DNA of 31,951 nt from Gammaproteobacteria bacterium (lineage in GTDB: Bacteria; Pseudomonadota; Gammaproteobacteria; UBA6186; Azoamicaceae): contig JBJSZW010000078.1 in NCBI GenBank assembly GCA_046090565.1, positions 1 through 31,951 on the forward strand, in the 5' to 3' direction. Each line of letters begins with the position of its first letter. Within the stretch, counting starts at the first letter, position 1. This document shows positions 27,286 to 31,951 of the stretch, piece by piece. The notes beneath the pieces were generated by a model, which was given only the letters and a program-made list of their open reading frames with translations, searched no databases and was not told where the DNA came from. The position numbers were made by a program, and so were the translations under genes.

Positions 27286-28377
27286 ATGAAATCCAAATCA
27301 ACCTATACGGTTGCCGAGCTCGCAGAACATGCAGGCTTGCAGTTGCACCTTTATTCTGGCTCGGCAAATCATAAAATTACAGGCATAGCAACTTTAGATA
27401 AGGCAGGTTCACAGGACCTGTCTTTTTATGCCAATCTTTTTTACAAACCCAGCTTAAAGACCACGCAAGCTGGGGCTATTGTGCTGGAAGAAAAAGACAG
27501 AATTCATCTAGAAGCCAACCCCAATAAGCCTAAAATAGCTTGTTTGATAGCGAGTAATCCCAGGTTAGCCATGGCCAAATTAGCGAACCTATTCTTGCCT
27601 TCAGAAGAAAGACTGGATTTAATAAATCGCACAGGTTTCATTCATCCCAGTGCAGTGCTGACTGAAAGTGCTGAAATTGATGCCAGCGCTAACATTGGCC
27701 CCTATGTGGTGATTGGCAATCGAGTGAAAGTGGCATCGGGTGTTGTGATTGGTCCAGGTGTTGTGATTTCAGACGATGTCGAAATTGGAGAAAATAGCCG
27801 TATCGAAGCCAGGGCAATTTTACACCGAGCCGTCAAAATTGGAGCCCGTGTATTTATTCATGCGGGTGCTGTCATAGGCAGCGAAGGTTTTGGTTTCGCG
27901 GTTGATCAAGGGGCTTGGGTTAGAATCCCCCATTTGGGAACTGTGATCATAGGCGACGATTGTGAAATTGGAGCCAATACGACCATCGATAGAGGAGCCA
28001 TAGACGACACTGTTTTGGACGATGCTGTGATCATCGATAACTTAGTCCAAATTGGGCACAATGTTCAAATTGGAGCAGCTACAGCGATAGCAGGTTGTGT
28101 GGCTATTGCGGGCAGTACCAAAATTGGTAAAAATTGCTTAATTGGCGGTGGCGCGAGTATTGCTGGGCATTTAGACATAGCGGATCAAGTTCACATCACG
28201 GCCACTTCAGGTGTGAATCGATCCCTGCGCCAGGCGGGAAGCTATTCTTCTGGATTTCCTGTTCAGCCTAGTGAAAAATGGCGGAAAAACGCCGGTCGTT
28301 TTCAATACTTGGATCAATTGGCGCAAAGAGTGAAGGTTTTAGAAGCCAAACTCAAAAATAAAGAGGAACTCATCTAA
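27286..28377 (+). CDS. lpxD: UDP-3-O-(3-hydroxyacyl)glucosamine N-acyltransferase
   Basis: Hexapeptide repeats, [31 protein letters not shown]. Confidence 0.97.
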   Translation: MKSKSTYTVAELAEHAGLQLHLYSGSANHKITGIATLDKAGSQDLSFYANLFYKPSLKTTQAGAIVLEEKDRIHLEANPNKPKIACLIASNPRLAMAKLANLFLPSEERLDLINRTGFIHPSAVLTESAEIDASANIGPYVVIGNRVKVASGVVIGPGVVISDDVEIGENSRIEARAILHRAVKIGARVFIHAGAVIGSEGFGFAVDQGAWVRIPHLGTVIIGDDCEIGANTTIDRGAIDDTVLDDAVIIDNLVQIGHNVQIGAATAIAGCVAIAGSTKIGKNCLIGGGASIAGHLDIADQVHITATSGVNRSLRQAGSYSSGFPVQPSEKWRKNAGRFQYLDQLAQRVKVLEAKLKNKEELI

Positions 28378-28378
28378 A

Positions 28379-28825
28379 ATGATGCGAATAGAAGAAATCA
28401 TGGCGTATTTGCCGCACCGTTATCCCTTTTTATTGGTCGATAGGGTATTGGAATTGGAACCTGGAAAAAGCATTGTGGCTTTGAAAAACGTAACAGTCAA
28501 TGAATCTTTTTTTACGGGGCATTTTCCACAAAAGGCAGTGATGCCAGGGGTTTTGATGATAGAAGCCTTGGCTCAAGCGGCTGCTATTTTGGCCTATAAA
28601 TCAACCGATTGGAAGCCTTCTGAATCTCTTTTTTATTTGGGTTCCATAGAGAGTGCGCGTTTCAAAAAAGTAGTACTGCCAGGTGATCAACTGATTTTAA
28701 AAGTCGAAGTGCTCAAACAAAGAAGTAAAGTGTGGAAATTCTTAGGTACAGCCTTGGTAGATGGTGAAGTGGTTTGTAGTGCAGAAGTCACGAGTGCAGA
28801 AGGGAGAGTCAAAAGTGATTCATAA
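28379..28825 (+). CDS. fabZ: 3-hydroxyacyl-ACP dehydratase
   Basis: [32 protein letters not shown]. Confidence 0.98.
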   Translation: MMRIEEIMAYLPHRYPFLLVDRVLELEPGKSIVALKNVTVNESFFTGHFPQKAVMPGVLMIEALAQAAAILAYKSTDWKPSESLFYLGSIESARFKKVVLPGDQLILKVEVLKQRSKVWKFLGTALVDGEVVCSAEVTSAEGRVKSDS

Positions 28826-29585
28826 GTTAGCCTTGGTCCATGAAAAAGCAAAAATAGCGCCGGATGTCGAAATTGGGCCCTGGACTTTCATCGATGCCAA
28901 TGTAGAAATCGGCTCAGGTTCAGTGATTGCCTCCCATGTGGTCATCAAAGGTCCCACTAAATTGGGCAAAAATAACAAAGTGTATCAATTTGCATCCTTG
29001 GGCGAAGTACCTCAGGACAAGAAATTCCATGGTGAAAACAGTTGCCTAGAAATTGGTGACAACAATATTTTTCGAGAATCTTGCACTGTGCATCGTGGCA
29101 CAGAACAAGGTGGTGGTGTCACCCGCATTGGCGATGATAATTTATTCATGGCTTATTCTCACATTGCTCATGATTGTGTGATTGGCAACAAAGTCGTTTT
29201 TTCGAACAATGCCTCTATTGCAGGGCATGTGGTGGTCGAAGATCACGCCTCCTTGGGTGGTTTGGTTGGTGTGCATCAGTTTTGTATCATTGGTGCCCAC
29301 AGCTTTGCAGCTGGTGGGGCAATCATTTACAAAGATGTGCCGCCTTTTGTAACGGTTTCTGGTTATCCGGCCAAGGCCAGTGGTTTGAACAGCGTGGGTT
29401 TAGAACGCCGTGGCTACAGCCCAGAGACCATCAATGCATTAAGACAGGCTTATAAAATAGTTTTTCGTAAAAGTTTTACTGTGAAAGAAGCTATTTCAGA
29501 ATTAGAAATCTTGGCAGCAGATCATCCCCAAGTGCGAATAATGATTGAATTTTTGTTAAAATCGACGCGCGGTATTATTAGATAA
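28815..29585 (+). CDS. lpxA: Acyl-ACP--UDP-N-acetylglucosamine O-acyltransferase
   Basis: PQDKKF, IHR-like [23 protein letters not shown]. Start moved to GTG 28815, after a GGGAG RBS. Confidence 0.97.
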   Translation: MIHKLALVHEKAKIAPDVEIGPWTFIDANVEIGSGSVIASHVVIKGPTKLGKNNKVYQFASLGEVPQDKKFHGENSCLEIGDNNIFRESCTVHRGTEQGGGVTRIGDDNLFMAYSHIAHDCVIGNKVVFSNNASIAGHVVVEDHASLGGLVGVHQFCIIGAHSFAAGGAIIYKDVPPFVTVSGYPAKASGLNSVGLERRGYSPETINALRQAYKIVFRKSFTVKEAISELEILAADHPQVRIMIEFLLKSTRGIIR

Positions 29586-29591
29586 TCTACC

Positions 29592-30812
29592 ATGTATAGC
29601 TTTCCAGAAGAGTTTTCCCAAGGGAGAGCGTGTCTGAGCTACGCTGATTTAGCGACCGCAGGGCAAAACTTTTGTGGAAAGCTATACATAGGCCTAGTAG
29701 TAGGTGAAATTTCTGGGGATTTATTGGCGGCGGATTTTATTCAATCTTTGCTGAAAAAAAATCTCCAGCTAAAAATCACAGGCATTCTGGGCCCTAATAT
29801 TAGGTCTCTTAAACATTCTAATCTAGAATTGCAAGAACTCTACCGCATGGAAGACGTAGCAGTGATGGGCCTAGTAGAGCCTTTAAAGCATTTGCCTAAG
29901 CTGCTTAAAATTCGTTCTGGTTTGATTAAATATTTCAAAGAAAATCCGCCGCGTGCTTTTTTAGGCATTGATGCGCCGGATTTTAATTTAGCTTTAGAGT
30001 TAAAGCTAAAAAATTTTGGAATCAAAACAGTTCATTATGTGGGGCCATCCGTTTGGGCCTGGCGCAAAGGCAGAATTTTTAAGATTAAAAAAGCCATTGA
30101 TGGTATTTTGGTTTTATTTCCCTTTGAAGAAGAAATCTATAAAAGGCATGACATTCCAGTTCGAGTCATAGGACATCCTTTTGCAGAACAGATCCCCCTC
30201 AATAACTTAAATTTAAACTTAACTAAAATTGCTTTATTACCCGGTAGTCGTTGGTCTGAAATCAAAAGAATGGGGGCTTTGTATTTGGAAACGGCTCAAA
30301 TGCTTTATGCGCAGCAGCTAGATTTGGGTTTGTATTTAAATTTTATCATGCCATTGGTAAGTGTGGAGCATAAGCTTTATTTAGAAAAAATTTACCAGGA
30401 AAAAAAATTAAATTGCCCCATAGAATTTACTTTAAAAAAAGCCCGAACTGCTTTAGATGGCGTGGGTTTGGCTCTGGCGACTTCAGGTACAGTGACTTTA
30501 GAATTGATGCTTTTAAAAATCCCTATGGTGGTTGCTTATAAAATGAACCCTTTGGGGTATTGGCTGGCCAAAAAATTAGTTAAGCTGCCTTATATTTCCC
30601 TGCCTAATTTATTGGCCCAGGATCATTTGGTTCCAGAATTTATTCAAGGGGCAGCAAGTGCCCAAAATTTAAGTCAGGCCTTGGGGGACTATTTAAATTC
30701 CCAAAACAGCTCCAAGCTGAAAGATTTGCGCCAAAAATTCCAGGCCTTACATCAGGCCCTGGCCCTGGGCGGTAGCGATTTAGCCGCCAAGCAGTTTTTG
30801 GCCTGGATTTAA
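29592..30812 (+). CDS. lpxB: Lipid-A-disaccharide synthase
   Basis: GEISGDLL, IDAPDFN, PSVWAWRKGR, LFPFE, ALLPGSR, SGTVTLE, LPNLL. Start position uncertain. Confidence 0.96.
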   Translation: MYSFPEEFSQGRACLSYADLATAGQNFCGKLYIGLVVGEISGDLLAADFIQSLLKKNLQLKITGILGPNIRSLKHSNLELQELYRMEDVAVMGLVEPLKHLPKLLKIRSGLIKYFKENPPRAFLGIDAPDFNLALELKLKNFGIKTVHYVGPSVWAWRKGRIFKIKKAIDGILVLFPFEEEIYKRHDIPVRVIGHPFAEQIPLNNLNLNLTKIALLPGSRWSEIKRMGALYLETAQMLYAQQLDLGLYLNFIMPLVSVEHKLYLEKIYQEKKLNCPIEFTLKKARTALDGVGLALATSGTVTLELMLLKIPMVVAYKMNPLGYWLAKKLVKLPYISLPNLLAQDHLVPEFIQGAASAQNLSQALGDYLNSQNSSKLKDLRQKFQALHQALALGGSDLAAKQFLAWI

Positions 30813-30892
30813 AACCCATAATACCCATAGTTAAATATATTAACTGGCATGCTTTAGCTGGATTTTAAATCTGGTTTGTATTATACTCTTAT

Positions 30893-30915
30893 TAGACCAG
30901 TCTAAGACCGGTTTA
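30893..30915. promoter_or_regulatory. Palindromic tandem sites TAGACCAGTCTA and AGACCGGTTT downstream of a TATACT box
   Basis: Seen directly; resembles the half-sites upstream of the phd antitoxin. Function is inferred. Confidence 0.35.
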
Positions 30916-31252
30916 GTTTATAATAAATTTCTAAGCGACATGGTTTATGAACCTAATCCTCCTTCATACGATCAATGCCTAAAAAATATTTTTGAAATTA
31001 AAAGAAGCTTAACTTGTATAACTTCAGACTAAATCTGACACTCCCTGTATAAAAAAATAAGCCTCCAAAAAAACTCAAGAAATCAGACGGCACAGCCGCC
31101 AAGCTATTATGCTGAATATACACGCTGATGGATTGGACTTCATACTTGAATTAGCGATCCTGTAACACTGAGCGTTTCGTTTTAGGAGTTGTCGTATTTT
31201 TGATTGAAAAAATGTCGTATGTTTGATAGACTTAATGATAGGGGTGGCTAAA

Positions 31253-31666
31253 ATGAGCAGGGTAACTTTAAAAGAAAAGATATCTCGTAAAATTTCTCGT
31301 TGCTGGAAAAGAAATGTATTTACACGCAAAGATTTTGCTGAATTAGGTGGCTACGATCAAGTAGGACGTTCTTTATTGCAATTAGAAAGAGATGGGATAT
31401 TAATTGGAATGGGTTATGGACTGTATGCGAAAGCACGAATAAATAGTTTGACTGGTAAAAAAATGATTGCCTGCGACGAAGGGTTTATTGGAGCCGCTAG
31501 AGAGGCTTTGGATTTGCTTGGCATAAATTGGGAGGTATCTGAAGCTGAACGGCGTTATAATAATAATTTAACGACGCAAATCCCGATAAATCTTGGAGTT
31601 ACGATTAAAGGTAGATTTAATCGAAAAATTAGGACTGAAGGTGGTTTTCAGTTAAGAATATCATGA
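31253..31666 (+). CDS. DUF6088/AbiEi-type antitoxin (type IV TA), winged-helix N-terminus
   Basis: VFTRKDFAELGGYDQVGRSLLQLERDG...GYGLYAKAR and TTQIP are characteristic of this family. ATGA overlap with the next gene. Start placed at ATG 31253. Confidence 0.75.
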   Translation: MSRVTLKEKISRKISRCWKRNVFTRKDFAELGGYDQVGRSLLQLERDGILIGMGYGLYAKARINSLTGKKMIACDEGFIGAAREALDLLGINWEVSEAERRYNNNLTTQIPINLGVTIKGRFNRKIRTEGGFQLRIS

Positions 31667-31733
31667 ACAGAATTAATAAAGAAATATGCAAAGATATATC
31701 TGATAAATTACAATTAGATAGCCCCACATTTAT
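31663..31733 (+). pseudogene. 5' fragment of an AbiEii-type nucleotidyltransferase toxin, interrupted by an IS
   Basis: MNRINKEICKDISDKLQLDSPTFI matches AbiEii N-termini that normally continue EKD. The sequence switches to an IS left end right after TTAT (31730-31733). Confidence 0.65.
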
Positions 31734-31951
31734 CAACCATGCCGTAAAACCATCTCATTTATGGGATGGATGTAAGGCATACAAACCTTCCCTTAAGGCA
31801 CCTAGGTTAACTAGGGCTTTTCTGTTGTTCAATATATATTGTTTCAGAATATTCAATGGAGCCCCTCCACAAGAAGCCGCAAAATAACTGGGAGACCAAA
31901 AAACCCCTTTCCAATAAAATTTCTGAATTTCCGGGAACGTCTTTCTTAGAA
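31734..31951. mobile_element. IS200/IS605-family element, left end (continues beyond the window)
   Basis: TTAT|CAACCATGCCGT-AAAA-CCATCTCA-TTTA-TGGGATGG mirrors the ISHp608 left-end layout (TTAC|CAA...AAAG-hairpin). A tnpA C-terminus on the minus strand points toward it. Confidence 0.85.
31807..31951 (-). pseudogene. tnpA: IS200/IS605 Y1 transposase TnpA, 3' part, frameshifted
   Basis: Hand translation gives LRKTFPEIQKFYWKGVFWSPSYFAASCGGAPLNILKQYI. The expected tail IEQQKSPS* is in another frame because of 2 extra nt in a TA run (31834-31835). Confidence 0.85.

Noticed and set aside
30829-30845. Palindrome agttaa-atata-ttaact after lpxB as a terminator
   Set aside because: The stem is AT-only and has no U-tract, which is too weak to call.
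31075-31329. 84-aa minus-strand ORF
   Set aside because: It overlaps the AbiEi-like gene and its promoter region and has no recognisable motif or RBS.
31663-31887. 74-aa ORF as an intact small protein
   Set aside because: It is a chimera of the toxin N-terminus with read-through into the IS left end and antisense tnpA.

Overview
This is a mostly housekeeping window from an AT-rich Gammaproteobacterium. A Legionellales/Coxiellales-like, probably host-associated lifestyle is inferred from murB following murC, a mevalonate pathway and heavy gene shuffling. Left to right it contains: a partial tamA; a two-gene NitT/TauT-type ABC module with no adjacent binding protein; murG-murC-murB inverted relative to ftsQ-ftsA-ftsZ-lpxC; prfA-prmC; two back-to-back VapC toxin-antitoxin pairs separated by a 231-bp REPIN/MITE-like element; two tandem 8-stranded outer-membrane beta-barrel paralogs sharing a structured leader; a five-gene mevalonate operon (mvaS, mvk, pmk, mvaD, idi; no HMG-CoA reductase) in the position dxr normally occupies, directly upstream of rseP-bamA-skp-lpxD-fabZ-lpxA-lpxB; and an AbiE-type antitoxin whose toxin gene is cut by an IS200/IS605 element with a frameshifted tnpA at the right edge. 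I found no rRNA, tRNA or CRISPR array. I cannot demonstrate a wholly new multi-gene system. The best leads are the mevalonate operon at the dxr position, the IS605-disrupted AbiE locus, the conserved GNRA-capped omp leader RNA, the binding-protein-less ABC module with a winged-helix-like C-terminus, and apparently leaderless housekeeping genes. All family calls come from motif recognition by eye; no database searches were run.
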